64,000 nucleotides of DNA. Origin: Synechococcus sp. GTDB taxonomy: Bacteria > Cyanobacteriota > Cyanobacteriia > PCC-6307 > Cyanobiaceae. The number at the start of each line of letters is the position of its first letter. The first letter of the stretch is position 1. Positions 32,686 to 43,591 of the stretch are shown piece by piece. A program made the translations under genes and the position numbers. The stretch spans positions 1,624,203 to 1,688,202 of the forward strand of contig JBJBEO010000001.1 in the NCBI GenBank assembly GCA_047284725.1, written 5' to 3'. The notes under the pieces were generated by a model. That model ran no database searches, was not told where the DNA came from, and saw nothing but the letters and a program-made list of their open reading frames with translations.

Positions 32686-33393
32686 TTAAAGGGCGCCGGC
32701 AGCCGGCATCAGAGTGAGATCTTCAATCACCTGCGTGGCCGGTTGCTCAGCGAGATGCAGAAGGGCTGCGGCAGCTTGATCAACTGGAAGCATCGCACGG
32801 CGATCGAAGGAACTCTCCACCGTTGGTGTGTCCCAAAGCGGAGAGTCAACAGCTCCGAGGGTCAGGGTGCAAGCACGAATGCCGTTTGCACGCTCCTCCT
32901 CAGCCAGACACCGCGTGAAGCTGGCCAGAGCGGCTTTGGTGGTGCAGTAAGCACCCCAACCTGGAAAGGCGTTGCGAGCGGCATGGCTGCTCACGTTGAT
33001 CACCAGACCGCCAGCACCACGCATGCGGGGCACAACGGCACTGCATAGCTGAAAAATGCTGGTGAGGTTGAGTTGAAGCAACCATTGCCAGCGATCGAGC
33101 GGCATATTGAGCAGATCACCGGTGTAGGCAGCGCCAGCATTGTTGATCAGCACCGAAGGACGCAGTCCTTGGGAAAGCAAGTGATCAACGGCAGGGGCAA
33201 TCGCCGAGGGATCCGAAAGATCACAGGCCTGATAAAGCACACGCCTTCCTCCACCCGTGAGTTCAGCCGCTAGAGACTGGAGAGCAGCTTCACTGCGAGA
33301 CAGCAATAAAAGATCCCAGCCAGCCTTCGAAAAGGCAAAGGCAGCGGCGTGACCGATACCTCGGGATGCCCCAGTGATCAAGACAGACGGCAA
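32686..33393 (-). CDS. short-chain dehydrogenase/reductase
   Basis: TGASRGIG, NNAG, YCTTK. Confidence 0.9.
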   Translation of the reverse strand: MPSVLITGASRGIGHAAAFAFSKAGWDLLLLSRSEAALQSLAAELTGGGRRVLYQACDLSDPSAIAPAVDHLLSQGLRPSVLINNAGAAYTGDLLNMPLDRWQWLLQLNLTSIFQLCSAVVPRMRGAGGLVINVSSHAARNAFPGWGAYCTTKAALASFTRCLAEEERANGIRACTLTLGAVDSPLWDTPTVESSFDRRAMLPVDQAAAALLHLAEQPATQVIEDLTLMPAAGAL

Positions 33394-33417
33394 TGAGGCT
33401 CTGCGACACGTAAGACC

Positions 33418-34407
33418 CTAGACAGCCAGATCACTTTCTGTGGTTCCGGACGTGAGAACACGCCCCATGGCACGGAACTTGCGGTACCGCTGATCGCGCA
33501 GCTCCTGCTCAGACAACGACTCCAGATCAGTGAGGTGACGCTCAATCGCCTGCTTCAAGACGGCGCCGGCCTTGAGAGGAGCCCAGTTGTTGCCACCTGC
33601 CGGCTCGGGCAACACCTCATCCACAACACCGAGGTTACGCAAATCTGGCCCTGTGATCCGCAATGCGGCTGCCGCTTCAGAGGCTTTGGCTGCATCACGC
33701 CAAAGGATGGATGCGCAGGCTTCAGGACTGGCAACGGTGTACACACTGTGTTCAAACATCAGCAGTCGATCGGCCACACCAATGCCGAGGGCACCGCCGG
33801 ATCCCCCTTCTCCGATCACGGTTGCAATGACCGGCACCCGAAGGCGGAACATCTCACGGAGATTGACAGCAATCGCCTCACCCTGACCCTGCTCCTCAGC
33901 CAGGAGACCTGCATAGGCCCCAGGGGTATCGATGAAGGACAGGATCGGCAGCCGGAAACGATCGGCATGATCCATCAACCGCAGTGCCTTGCGGTATCCA
34001 CCAGGCGTGGCCATGCCGAAGTTGCGGGCCACATTTTCCTTGGTGTCGCGGCCTTTCTGATGACCAATCAGCAACACTGAACGGTCTCCGATCCGTCCGA
34101 TCCCTCCCACCAGAGCCTGATCATCGCTGCCCCGACGATCGCCATGAAGCTCAACCCACTCGTCGCAGAACATCTGGATGAAATCCAGGGTGCTGGGACG
34201 ATGGGGATGACGCGCCACCTGAATTTTCTGAGCAGGTGTCAGGTTCGAGAAAATCTCTTCACGCCGGCGGGCCGCCAGGGTCTCGAGCTGCAGCAACTGC
34301 TGGCTGACATCCACCTCAGAACTGCGCGCCAACTCCCGGATCTGGTCGATCTGCTGCTCAAGTTCAACCAGGGGTTTCTCAAACTCGAGCAGATGACGAC
34401 GGGCCAT
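33418..34407 (-). CDS. accA: acetyl-CoA carboxylase carboxyltransferase alpha
   Basis: [30 protein letters not shown]. Confidence 0.97.
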   Translation of the reverse strand: MARRHLLEFEKPLVELEQQIDQIRELARSSEVDVSQQLLQLETLAARRREEIFSNLTPAQKIQVARHPHRPSTLDFIQMFCDEWVELHGDRRGSDDQALVGGIGRIGDRSVLLIGHQKGRDTKENVARNFGMATPGGYRKALRLMDHADRFRLPILSFIDTPGAYAGLLAEEQGQGEAIAVNLREMFRLRVPVIATVIGEGGSGGALGIGVADRLLMFEHSVYTVASPEACASILWRDAAKASEAAAALRITGPDLRNLGVVDEVLPEPAGGNNWAPLKAGAVLKQAIERHLTDLESLSEQELRDQRYRKFRAMGRVLTSGTTESDLAV

Positions 34408-34435
34408 AACGGAAGTGGGGGAGGGAGGGGAGAAC

Positions 34436-35476
34436 TCAGGCGGCAGCAGCCTGAGGCTGAAGGTTGAGGGTCAAGGTGGAGAAGCCATGACGCACGGAGG
34501 CCGCACCGATGAAGTCCATCTTCTCAAGCGTGATGTTGTTGCGTCCCCAGCTGAAATTCGTATGGCAGTCTTCAAACTCGAGCAGCATCGCCTCAGCAAA
34601 ACAGGCAAACATCTGTCGCTGAGGCTTTTCCATTTCAGCGATTTCCATCATCGTCCAGCCGATGTCGGTGCCGAATTCAACGATGCCGCCTTTGAGAACA
34701 TGAACACCGGCATCAACCACCTTGGCATCGAGATTCTTCGGATAGCCACCATCAATCATCAGGCAAGGCTTACGCAGTGACGCTGCATCGATTTCGAGGG
34801 TGCGAGGCATGCTGGCGACCCAAACCACCACATCAGCCTCTGGCAATGCCTCATCGAGGCTCAGAATCCTTCCCCCACCCAACTCACTCTGAAGATCAAG
34901 GAGAGGCTGCTGCTGTCGTGCGACAAGCAGCAGTTCTGCGACACCGCTGCGGCGACTGAGCCAACGACAAACGGCACTGCCGATGTCTCCGGTGGCTCCG
35001 ACCACGGCCACCCTGGCCTTGGAGAGATCGATCCCTAGCAAAGGGGCATTGATTTCCACCTGGCGACTGATGACCCAGGCAGTGTGCGTATTGCCGGTGG
35101 TGAAGCGTTCCCATTCCAGCGTCGTGCTTCGCACGTGCTGATGCTGGAGCAGATTGAAATTCTCAAAAATGATTGAGGTGAAGCCGCCGAGAGCTGTGAT
35201 GTTGATGCCCTTTTTCTGGGCCAGCTCCATGGCATTGAGCACCTTTCTCCTCGCCGTCTTGAAGCGACTCAGCATCTCAGGCACGAAGCAGGAATCGATG
35301 TAAGCGCCAGTGATGGTCTTTCCGGTGGCGCTGGTGACCTCCACGTGTTCCACCAGCTGTGGTGGTGCGCTGCACCACACATCAAGATCACCTTCAGCGA
35401 TGTGATCGAACCCAAGCTCTGAAGCTTTGCGCCTTGCGGCTTCAAAGCTGGTGGAATGTCCGATCAGACCAAACAT
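34436..35476 (-). CDS. aar: long-chain acyl-ACP reductase
   Basis: [33 protein letters not shown]. Confidence 0.95.
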   Translation of the reverse strand: MFGLIGHSTSFEAARRKASELGFDHIAEGDLDVWCSAPPQLVEHVEVTSATGKTITGAYIDSCFVPEMLSRFKTARRKVLNAMELAQKKGINITALGGFTSIIFENFNLLQHQHVRSTTLEWERFTTGNTHTAWVISRQVEINAPLLGIDLSKARVAVVGATGDIGSAVCRWLSRRSGVAELLLVARQQQPLLDLQSELGGGRILSLDEALPEADVVVWVASMPRTLEIDAASLRKPCLMIDGGYPKNLDAKVVDAGVHVLKGGIVEFGTDIGWTMMEIAEMEKPQRQMFACFAEAMLLEFEDCHTNFSWGRNNITLEKMDFIGAASVRHGFSTLTLNLQPQAAAA

Positions 35477-35616
35477 GTACCGCCGACGATCAACAGAATG
35501 AGGATCCCTGGCCGCACCGGCTTAGGGGTGAAGCGGCCATGCTCTCACGAAAGTGGGTAGCGAAAACTACTCGAGCAGACCAGGGATGGTCCAGCGACAC
35601 GACCGCCGGAGAGCAC

Positions 35617-36348
35617 TCAGACCGCCAGTGCGGCTGCCGCCATCCGAGCGATGTCGCGTGAAGAGAAGCCAATCTCGCAGAGCGCTTCCTGATAAGCGAT
35701 CAGGAAATCCTCGATCAGATCTTCTTTTTCCATATGAAGCACGGCCGCATCCTTGGCCACGTCCTCAAGCATGGAGCGAATCAACGGGAGGTTGACACGG
35801 TTGGCCTCCATCAACTCGTCCTTGCTGGCTTCGAAATTGGCTTTGAGCCACTCCTGGCCGTAGTTGAGGTGGGTGTATTCATCCTTGACCACACCTTCGG
35901 TGATCTTGCGGGCGAAGGGATCGGCGACGGGAATATAAATGTGATAGGCCGAGATGGCGAACGCCTCGATCAGCAGGGCCTGGATGAGAAGGCAGGTAAC
36001 CACTTTGCCGTCCTTCAGGGCTTGCTGAAAGTTGCCGTGGAGAGGGGCGAAGAAGTCGCGAGCAAACGCCATATCGGCGGCAACACCCAGATTGTTACCG
36101 CAGGCGGTGAAGCCCTTCATATGCTTCATTTCCATGCGAGCCAGACCCTTGAGCTCCTCAGCCTGATCAGGGATCAGCGTGCCCAGAGAGATGTAGTTGT
36201 CATGGGCTTCCTGCTCACCTTCGATCACAATCGCGTTGATGCGGCTGTAGGCGTCTTTGTAGGCCGCAGTGCTGAAATCAGGCAGTTGGGAAGCAGATCC
36301 TTCCTGATCACTGGTCGCAGCGACCTCAGGCGAATTGAGGGTCGGCAT
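35617..36348 (-). CDS. ado: aldehyde-deformylating oxygenase
   Basis: [33 protein letters not shown] di-iron motifs. Confidence 0.96.
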   Translation of the reverse strand: MPTLNSPEVAATSDQEGSASQLPDFSTAAYKDAYSRINAIVIEGEQEAHDNYISLGTLIPDQAEELKGLARMEMKHMKGFTACGNNLGVAADMAFARDFFAPLHGNFQQALKDGKVVTCLLIQALLIEAFAISAYHIYIPVADPFARKITEGVVKDEYTHLNYGQEWLKANFEASKDELMEANRVNLPLIRSMLEDVAKDAAVLHMEKEDLIEDFLIAYQEALCEIGFSSRDIARMAAAALAV

Positions 36349-36425
36349 GGATCGTTCCGATAAACAGGCAATGCGGAAGACTGTAACCAGCGCAACCTCA
36401 AATGGCCTCGCCTCGGGCAATCAGA

Positions 36426-37247
36426 TCACGACCTGAGCACAGAATCCACGGGTGGCCAACGGCTGGCCATCAGGTTGGAGAACAGCGTGACCCAGTGCTT
36501 AACCACGCATTCTTCCAGTTGCCGACCAAGGGCGGCGCTGGCGCCGCGGCTGTCACCCACCACGCCGGAGCGGCTTAGATCCGTGGTGAGCCAAGCGAAG
36601 GGGGCATCCCCCTCCACACTCCAGCCCAGAGGCGGTGTTGCCCCACTCGCAGGCGATCGATGGTCGCCATCCACAGGCCTGTCATCCCCCACCAGCTCAG
36701 GGGCAAGCGACAGCATCAGGCTGGTCTCCGCCAGTCCTGCATGCAGCCCTGTCGCCACCTCCACATCAGGAAGAACGTCCCGGAGACCCGGCACACCACT
36801 CCAGAGGAAACAGGGAAGCACCGCCATGGAAGGTGTCTGCGCGCGCAACGCACGGGCCGCGATCTGCAACAACGCGATCTGCCCTCCGTGGGCGTTGAAC
36901 AGCACCAGTCGTCGCACACCCTGCTGCGCCAGCTGGGAGCCGACAGCCTCCACCATCCGGGTCAGCAGGTCGGCAGGCAGCGACAGGGTGCCTGGGAAGC
37001 CGGCATGCTCGGGGGAGAAACCGATGGACTGAACAGGCAGACGCCAGATCGGCAGATCAAGAGGCAGCTCTTCAAGGATCTGATCCAGCACACGATCCGC
37101 AAACAACGCATCAGTCACCAGAGGGAGGTGGGGGCCGTGCTGCTCGACGGCACCGAACGGCCAGATCACGGTGGATCCCGGGCGTTTCAACTGACCCTCA
37201 GCCTCAGGCCAAGCGAGGTGTTCAAGGCGTCGCTGCGGTGAAACCAT
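36426..37247 (-). CDS. creatininase family protein
   Basis: GAVEQHGPHLP, S.EH..FPGT, NAHGG, HAG..ETS. Confidence 0.9.
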   Translation of the reverse strand: MVSPQRRLEHLAWPEAEGQLKRPGSTVIWPFGAVEQHGPHLPLVTDALFADRVLDQILEELPLDLPIWRLPVQSIGFSPEHAGFPGTLSLPADLLTRMVEAVGSQLAQQGVRRLVLFNAHGGQIALLQIAARALRAQTPSMAVLPCFLWSGVPGLRDVLPDVEVATGLHAGLAETSLMLSLAPELVGDDRPVDGDHRSPASGATPPLGWSVEGDAPFAWLTTDLSRSGVVGDSRGASAALGRQLEECVVKHWVTLFSNLMASRWPPVDSVLRS

Positions 37248-37317
37248 CGATCAATCCAAGGGCTGCACATCCCCACCCTGCCTGTCACACTGGTCTATCG
37301 ACGACTTCGAAGGGTCC

Positions 37318-38622
37318 ATGCCCGGATCAGGCAGCCTGCAGCCGAAACAACCCAAGGCGCCGAAGCCTTCCGCCGATCTCAGGCCGCCGCAGGTGATGCA
37401 GATCACCCGCAAGGACGAACAGGACAAGCTGCGACGCGAAGCCGATCAGGCAAGGGCTGCTGCCGAGGCCGCTCTCAAACATGCACAGGAGCTCGAACGG
37501 GCAGCCCAGGAAGCAGGTGCTCCAGCCCACACAGCCCCCCCGCGTCCGTCGGCAGCCAAGCCATCGCCCCCCAGGACCTCCGTCAACGACGCCGATCTGT
37601 TTGACACCTCCGAATTCGAGGGCCTGAGCATGGCCGATCTGCTCGGCCCGGCGGATCGCAAGGCCACCGGCGGTCAACGCAGCAACGCCACGGTCAACAA
37701 AGCCCCCCAGAAGGCCATCAGCCACAGCGTTGATGACTTCGACTTCGACGAAGAAGCATTCCTGGCCGCGCTCGACGAGAACGAGCCCGTAGGCACCACA
37801 GGCGATGTGGTCACCGGAACGGTGATCGGGATGGAAAGCGATGGTGTTTATGTCGATATCGGTGGCAAAGCTCCTGGGTTCATGCCCAAGAGCGAATGCG
37901 GTCTCGGGGTGATCACCAACCTCAAGGAACGGTTCCCGAAGGGCCTTGAGATCGAAGTTCTCGTCACCCGTGAGCAGAATGCCGACGGCATGGTGACAAT
38001 CAGCTGCCGTGCGCTGGCCCTGCGCCAGAGCTGGGACCGCGTCAAGATCCTCGAGAAGGAAGGCAAGGTGGTGCAGGTGAAGGTGAGCGGGTTCAACCGC
38101 GGTGGTGTGACCTGCGATCTGGAGGGTCTGCGCGGGTTCATTCCCCGCTCGCAACTGCAAGACGGCGAAAACCACGAAGCCCTGGTGGGCAAGACCCTCG
38201 GCGTCGCATTTCTTGAGGTCAATCCCGAGACCAGAAAGCTTGTGCTCTCGGAGAAGCGGGCTGCCACAGCTGCGAAATTCTCTGAGCTCGAGGTGGGCCA
38301 GTTGGTTGAGGGCCACGTGGTGGCTGTCAAGCCCTACGGCTTCTTTGTGGACCTCGGTGGGATCAGCGGACTTCTCCACCAATCCGTTGTCACCGGTGGG
38401 GCCATGCGATCACTTCGCGAGGTGTTCGATCACGGTGATGTCGTCAAAGCCCTGATCACGGAACTGGATCCCGGTCGTGGCCGGATTGCCTTGAACACGG
38501 CGATGCTGGAAGGTCAACCAGGTGAATTGCTGGTTGAAAAAGACAAAGTGATGGCTGAAGCCGTCGATCGGGCCAACCGTGCTCGTAACGTCCTCAGACA
38601 ACAGGAACAGTCAGCTGGATGA
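37318..38622 (+). CDS. S1 RNA-binding protein (ribosomal protein S1 paralog)
   Basis: Three S1 domains (VYVDIGGK, FNRGG...GLRGFIP.S, KPYGFFVDLGG) after a long N-terminal extension. Confidence 0.88.
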   Translation: MPGSGSLQPKQPKAPKPSADLRPPQVMQITRKDEQDKLRREADQARAAAEAALKHAQELERAAQEAGAPAHTAPPRPSAAKPSPPRTSVNDADLFDTSEFEGLSMADLLGPADRKATGGQRSNATVNKAPQKAISHSVDDFDFDEEAFLAALDENEPVGTTGDVVTGTVIGMESDGVYVDIGGKAPGFMPKSECGLGVITNLKERFPKGLEIEVLVTREQNADGMVTISCRALALRQSWDRVKILEKEGKVVQVKVSGFNRGGVTCDLEGLRGFIPRSQLQDGENHEALVGKTLGVAFLEVNPETRKLVLSEKRAATAAKFSELEVGQLVEGHVVAVKPYGFFVDLGGISGLLHQSVVTGGAMRSLREVFDHGDVVKALITELDPGRGRIALNTAMLEGQPGELLVEKDKVMAEAVDRANRARNVLRQQEQSAG

Positions 38623-39515
38623 TTGCGGCCAATCCGCTCGCCACCACCCTCGATCGACAGCCCGACTGGGAGCTGGATTTCTATTCCAGACCCATCCTGG
38701 AGCCTGATGGCAAAAAACGCTGGGAGCTGCTGATCAGCAGCACGCCCTTCCCTGAAGGTGGCGATCCGTTCCGTTACGCCCGTCGATGCCCTGCAGGGGA
38801 CGTCAATTCCACCTGGCTGGCATCAGCCCTGCGTGATGCCCTGACCAATGCAGAAGCAGAAGGTTGGCGCCCGCCGCGGCGACTTCGGTCCTGGCGCAGT
38901 GCCATGCGCACGATGGTGCAGCGTGCGGCCGCCGAACTGCAGATCGAGATGGTGCCCAGCCGTCGCACCTATGCCTTGATCGACTGGATGGAGGAGCGGA
39001 GCCGAGAGGTTTATCCCAAGGAAGAGGGCTATATGGCAGGCCCCCTGGCACCGCCTCCAGCCCCGCTCAGCACCCCTGCCGTGCCCCTGCCCGAGGCTGT
39101 GCGTGGTGATGCCTGGACTTGGGCGACCCTTCCCCTCGGCAGCCTTGCCGAAGCAGGCGAATGGCCACTGGGGTTCAACGGTCTCCTCCCCATCCATCCA
39201 GAGATGGATCCAGATCAGCCCATTCCCGGCCTGCGCCTGTTCAGCCAAACACGGGCGCTGGCCCTGGCGGGTTGGCTTGGAGGGCTGGAACCCGTGCGTC
39301 TCCGCATCGATGGCAGGCAACTGATTCTTGATGCAGGCCAAGACGACAGCTGGCTGGTCACCGATCTTGATGCAGAGGGAGCGAAAGCGGCCGATCACGC
39401 CTTCATAACCACCCGTCAGCACACCCAGGGATTGCAGTTCATCGCCGTGCAGACCACGCCTGACAACCCTCGCTTCGAAGGGTTCTGGATGCTGCGCGAC
39501 CAGCCCGATCCATGA
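38619..39515 (+). CDS. Tab2/Atab2 family RNA-binding protein
   Basis: WELDFYSRPI, KKRWELLI, VNSTWL, PSRRT, GFWML. Confidence 0.9.
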   Translation: MIAANPLATTLDRQPDWELDFYSRPILEPDGKKRWELLISSTPFPEGGDPFRYARRCPAGDVNSTWLASALRDALTNAEAEGWRPPRRLRSWRSAMRTMVQRAAAELQIEMVPSRRTYALIDWMEERSREVYPKEEGYMAGPLAPPPAPLSTPAVPLPEAVRGDAWTWATLPLGSLAEAGEWPLGFNGLLPIHPEMDPDQPIPGLRLFSQTRALALAGWLGGLEPVRLRIDGRQLILDAGQDDSWLVTDLDAEGAKAADHAFITTRQHTQGLQFIAVQTTPDNPRFEGFWMLRDQPDP

Positions 39516-40315
39516 CCGAAGCTCAGGCTCCCTGTCCTGATCCGTTCGACCGCCCCGACAGCCTTTTCAACAGGCATGAGCACTGGACGTGGGTGGGGTG
39601 TTACGGCGGCTATTACCTCAGTTCGAACCTGCTGGAGAGCCACGGCTTTGAACATGGCTTTTTCACCAGGCGCTGGCACGGACGGGGACCCGATGAACTG
39701 GCCACCTATTTATCTGCGGGGATCACGGTGCATCGACCACAACAGGTCCATGGCAACACCGTGCTCGAGGCTCAACAGGCCGATCGCGCTCCCTGGCCCG
39801 AAGCTGACGGTCTGGTAAGCGACCGGGGCAGCCAGAGTCTTTGGGTCTGCGGAGCCGACTGCACGCCGGCGTTGCTGGCAGATCCCGACAGTGGTCATGT
39901 GGCTGCCTGCCACGCCGGTTGGCGCGGCGTGGCAGGCAGGATCCTTCAGCAGGCCGTGGAACGTCTCGAACAACGGGGCGGCCACCGTTCTCAGTTTGTC
40001 GTCGCCCTCGGACCAGCTGTCAGCGGTGCCCAGTACCAGGTGCAGCACTCCGTCGCAGACGAAGTGGTAGCTGGGGTGGCATCAGACCCCCAGCAGATCG
40101 CGCAGATCGTTCAGTCCGATCCCGATCCCGACCGTTGTCGCCTTGACATCCGTGCCGCAGCAGTCATTCAGCTCCAGGGGCTCGGCTTGACGGCAGAGCG
40201 GATCAGCCCATGCCCCCTCTGCACCGTGTCCGAGCCTGCACTGTTCCACTCCTGGCGTCGGGATCAGGTGAAGGCGGTGCAGTGGAGCGGCATCGTCTCC
40301 CAGGCTCCGGTCTGA
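39512..40315 (+). CDS. pgeF: PgeF/YfiH family protein
   Basis: HGFFTR, QVHG, ADG, ADC.P, HAGWRG, CT...FHSWRR. Confidence 0.88.
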   Translation: MTEAQAPCPDPFDRPDSLFNRHEHWTWVGCYGGYYLSSNLLESHGFEHGFFTRRWHGRGPDELATYLSAGITVHRPQQVHGNTVLEAQQADRAPWPEADGLVSDRGSQSLWVCGADCTPALLADPDSGHVAACHAGWRGVAGRILQQAVERLEQRGGHRSQFVVALGPAVSGAQYQVQHSVADEVVAGVASDPQQIAQIVQSDPDPDRCRLDIRAAAVIQLQGLGLTAERISPCPLCTVSEPALFHSWRRDQVKAVQWSGIVSQAPV

Positions 40316-40320
40316 CCCGA

Positions 40321-42030
40321 TCAGCGCTGCTCCTCCGAGAGCAGACGCAACGCCACACTCTCAGCCGCCCGAATGCCATCGATCGCCGCCGAGAGAATCC
40401 CACCCGCATAACCAGCCCCCTCGCCCGCAGGCGTGAGTCCAGCCGTGTTGGTGGATTCATACGCTGGATTGCGGGACAAACGCACTGGCGAGGATGTTCG
40501 CGTCTCCACGGCGGTGAGCAGGGCATCGGGGTGGTCATACCCTTCAAGGCGACGGGCGAAGGCCGGCAGTGCCTCCCGGAGAGCTGTCACCATCGGTTCC
40601 GGCAACGCCTGGCGAAGATCGGCCGCCCGCACTCCCGGCTGGTAGGAGGGAGCAAGACTGCCCAAGCCTGCGCTGGGGCGATCGGCCAGAAAATCTTCAA
40701 GGCGCTGCACAGGAGCGCTGTAATCCCCCCCACCGAGGGTAAACGCCTGCTCCTCGAGAAACCGCTGAAAGGCCACACCGGCCAGAGGATCTCCCGGATA
40801 ACGCTGATAAGGAGCGAGGTCTTCGTCCAACACAGGAACCACCAAACCGCTGTTGGCGTTGCGCTCATTGCGGGAGTGCTGGCTCATGCCATTGGTCACC
40901 ACGCGCCCGGGTTCACTGGTGGCACCCACCACCAAGCCACCAGGACACATGCAGAAGCTGTAGACGCAGCGGCCATTCTCAGCATGGTGGACCAACTTGT
41001 ACTCCGCCGCACCCAATTGGGGGTGGCCGGCCTGTGCACCCCAGCGGGCGTGATCGATCAGACTCTGAGGATGCTCAATCCGAAAGCCCACTGCAAAGGG
41101 TTTCGCCGTCATCGCCACTCCCTGACGCTCCAGCATCGCGAACGTATCGCGGGCGGAATGTCCCGGGGCCAGCACAACTTGAGAGCAATCCACAGAACTG
41201 CCATCAGCCAGCGTCAGTCCCACCAGCCGCTGATGGTGCGCCCCCCCGTTACCGGCGTGTGGAGCGCTGCGCTGATCGGAACCGGTCGGATCGGAGATCG
41301 GTTCAAGGATCAGTTGCTCAACCTTCGCCCCGAAGCGCACGTCCCCGCCCAGCGCCTCAATCCTGGATCGCAGCCCACGCACGACGGTGGCCAACTTGAA
41401 GGTGCCGATGTGAGGCCGATGCACCGTGAGGATCTCCGGGTTGGCGCCACAGGCCACCAGTTCCTCCAGCACCTTGCGTCCGTAATGCTCAGGATCGCTC
41501 ACCTGGCTATAGAGCTTGCCGTCGGAGAAGGTGCCGGCCCCTCCCTCCCCGAACTGGACATTCGATTCAGGCTGAAACGGAGAGGTGCCTTTCCAGAAAC
41601 CGAAGGTGTCGGCCGTACGCTGCTTCACTGCCTGACCGCGCTCCAGCAACAAAGGTCTGAAGCCCATTTGGGCCAGCGACAGGGCTGCGAAATAACCACA
41701 GGGCCCGGCCCCGATCACCACTGGTCGCGTGCCCGGATGCACACCGAAATCTGAGGGAGCCTTGGCAACAGCCCGATAACGGGTCTCCGGTGCCAGACGC
41801 AAGCGACTGTCGCCCCGATGCTTCCTGAGTACGGCCGACTGCCCCTTCACTTCCAGGTCCAGGCTGTAGATCAGCTGAATGCGGTCATGGCGTCGGGCAT
41901 CGATACTGCGTTTGATCAACCGATGGCTGATCAAACGCTGAGGCGGGATGCGCAATCGTTTGAGGATCGCCTGACGCACCGCGTCAGGCCCGTGATCCAG
42001 CGGCAGACGTAGCTCACTGAGGCGTAACAC
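40321..42030 (-). CDS. FAD-dependent oxidoreductase
   Basis: IGAGPCG, GEGGAGTFSDGKL, FCMCPGG, ETRTSSP, GEGAGYAGGI. Confidence 0.88.
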   Translation of the reverse strand: MLRLSELRLPLDHGPDAVRQAILKRLRIPPQRLISHRLIKRSIDARRHDRIQLIYSLDLEVKGQSAVLRKHRGDSRLRLAPETRYRAVAKAPSDFGVHPGTRPVVIGAGPCGYFAALSLAQMGFRPLLLERGQAVKQRTADTFGFWKGTSPFQPESNVQFGEGGAGTFSDGKLYSQVSDPEHYGRKVLEELVACGANPEILTVHRPHIGTFKLATVVRGLRSRIEALGGDVRFGAKVEQLILEPISDPTGSDQRSAPHAGNGGAHHQRLVGLTLADGSSVDCSQVVLAPGHSARDTFAMLERQGVAMTAKPFAVGFRIEHPQSLIDHARWGAQAGHPQLGAAEYKLVHHAENGRCVYSFCMCPGGLVVGATSEPGRVVTNGMSQHSRNERNANSGLVVPVLDEDLAPYQRYPGDPLAGVAFQRFLEEQAFTLGGGDYSAPVQRLEDFLADRPSAGLGSLAPSYQPGVRAADLRQALPEPMVTALREALPAFARRLEGYDHPDALLTAVETRTSSPVRLSRNPAYESTNTAGLTPAGEGAGYAGGILSAAIDGIRAAESVALRLLSEEQR

Positions 42031-42063
42031 CTGCGTTCACCGCCATGGGATTCCAGAAAAACC

Positions 42064-43344
42064 TTACTGAGCCGTGATCAGACGCGATTGCGCTTCACCT
42101 TGGGGAGCCTGACTGGGCCTGAGGACAAAGTCGCTGGCCACGCCCTCCAACCGAGCGGAGTCTCCCCTGCGACGACGCTCAATGGCCTGACAGAGAGGCA
42201 ATGGATCGGCGCCGGGATCCAGCCATGCCATCGGGTCACGCCTGCCGTCAGCTGCCAGGGGAGCGGGGGCCAGAGTCGTGAGCGCCAGCACCCGAGCCGT
42301 TTCGTAACCGGCTGCGGCAATCAGATCAGGGCTCGCTCCCCAGCGTTGCTCGAACGCTGCGGCGAATCCCTTCCAGCCAGGCCCCTGGGCTGGTTGATCC
42401 AACACCAGCTGAGGCCATGGCTGGGAGGACACCGCTGCGGCCTGTGGGCGACTCAACAACCACACCCATGCCGGTTGGCGGGAAACGTCTGGAGCAGACT
42501 GACGCTGGCGCAGAACAGTTGCAAGCGATCCATGCAAGGGGGACGCCAGCACGATGGCATCAGGCCCCAGCCAATCAAGATCCTTCTGCAGCAAAGCCAG
42601 ACGTTCGGGATCGGACGGGTCGATCTCCTGCAACGACGCTTCGGTGTAGGAGAGCACCGTGCCTCCCATCCCCTCAAAAAACTCGACAAAGGGGGTGGCG
42701 CGATCGGCCTCAAGGGTGGAAGGGTCTGTCACCACCATCACCCGTTTCCAGCCCCGATCAATCGTGGCTTTCGCCAAGGCCCGAAGCTCATCCTGACGTG
42801 ATGGCAGCAACGGCCAGACCCGACCCTGCTCATCCAGACCAGGAAGCATTGTCAACGCGGCACCACGCTGATGCCCGAGCAACACCCGCGCATCTCCCTC
42901 GGCAGCCAGCCGGCTGTAACTGCGCAGATCAGCCCCGAAGCCAGCCACCACAAGGGAGGGCACGACGGGCTGATTGTTCCCGTCGCGGGGAAAGAGCACA
43001 AATGGATCAGCATCGGCAGCAAGCGAATGCATCACCATCGCTGCCGGCTCGGCACCACAGCCCCGAACGGCTTGTTCTCCCAAGGCAAGACCCTGCAGGA
43101 ACGCATCCCGAGCGCCCTCCAGCCCATGGGGCATCACCAGAGCCACTGGAGCAGTGATTTGGCGGCTGGCGGCCATGGCCTGGCAACCCAGGAGACTGGC
43201 CACGAGCATCAGCACTGGGCGCCAGCGCAGAGAACGGCAACCCTCCCAGGATTGATCCCAGATCCTCAGTCGCGCCAAGGGACCGGTGGCGGACGGTTGA
43301 TCAACGACCGCTTCGGAAGGAGGAGCTTCAGGGGACGAGGCCAT
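42064..43344 (-). CDS. type I periplasmic-binding-fold protein, possible lipoprotein
   Basis: Hydrophobic stretch ending LLGC, G.......FLQG..L, FEQRWG..P...AAAGYE, EG..S.F. Start uncertain. Confidence 0.55.
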   Translation of the reverse strand: MASSPEAPPSEAVVDQPSATGPLARLRIWDQSWEGCRSLRWRPVLMLVASLLGCQAMAASRQITAPVALVMPHGLEGARDAFLQGLALGEQAVRGCGAEPAAMVMHSLAADADPFVLFPRDGNNQPVVPSLVVAGFGADLRSYSRLAAEGDARVLLGHQRGAALTMLPGLDEQGRVWPLLPSRQDELRALAKATIDRGWKRVMVVTDPSTLEADRATPFVEFFEGMGGTVLSYTEASLQEIDPSDPERLALLQKDLDWLGPDAIVLASPLHGSLATVLRQRQSAPDVSRQPAWVWLLSRPQAAAVSSQPWPQLVLDQPAQGPGWKGFAAAFEQRWGASPDLIAAAGYETARVLALTTLAPAPLAADGRRDPMAWLDPGADPLPLCQAIERRRRGDSARLEGVASDFVLRPSQAPQGEAQSRLITAQ

Positions 43345-43370
43345 GGGGTCGAAATCCCAGCGGCTTCAAG

Positions 43371-43589
43371 CTAGGGAGAGGGATCCTCACCGTCTGTATT
43401 TGTGACAGGAGCGGCATCAGGGAGGAGGTAGGCCAGCAACCCCACGGTCGGCAGGAGACAGCCAAGTCCAATGGCGAGAGGACGATTCGTCCCAGCCGCT
43501 TCCGTCCAGACAGCGGTACTGAGAAAGGCTGCTCCCAGCAGAACGCAGGGCACCATCACCATGCCGGCAGCCACACGATTCTTGGCCAT
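43371..43589 (-). CDS. small two-TM protein (GIVxVP-like)
   Basis: NRVAAGMVMVPC.LLGAAFL and two hydrophobic helices. Confidence 0.7.
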   Translation of the reverse strand: MAKNRVAAGMVMVPCVLLGAAFLSTAVWTEAAGTNRPLAIGLGCLLPTVGLLAYLLPDAAPVTNTDGEDPSP

Positions 43590-43591
43590 GG

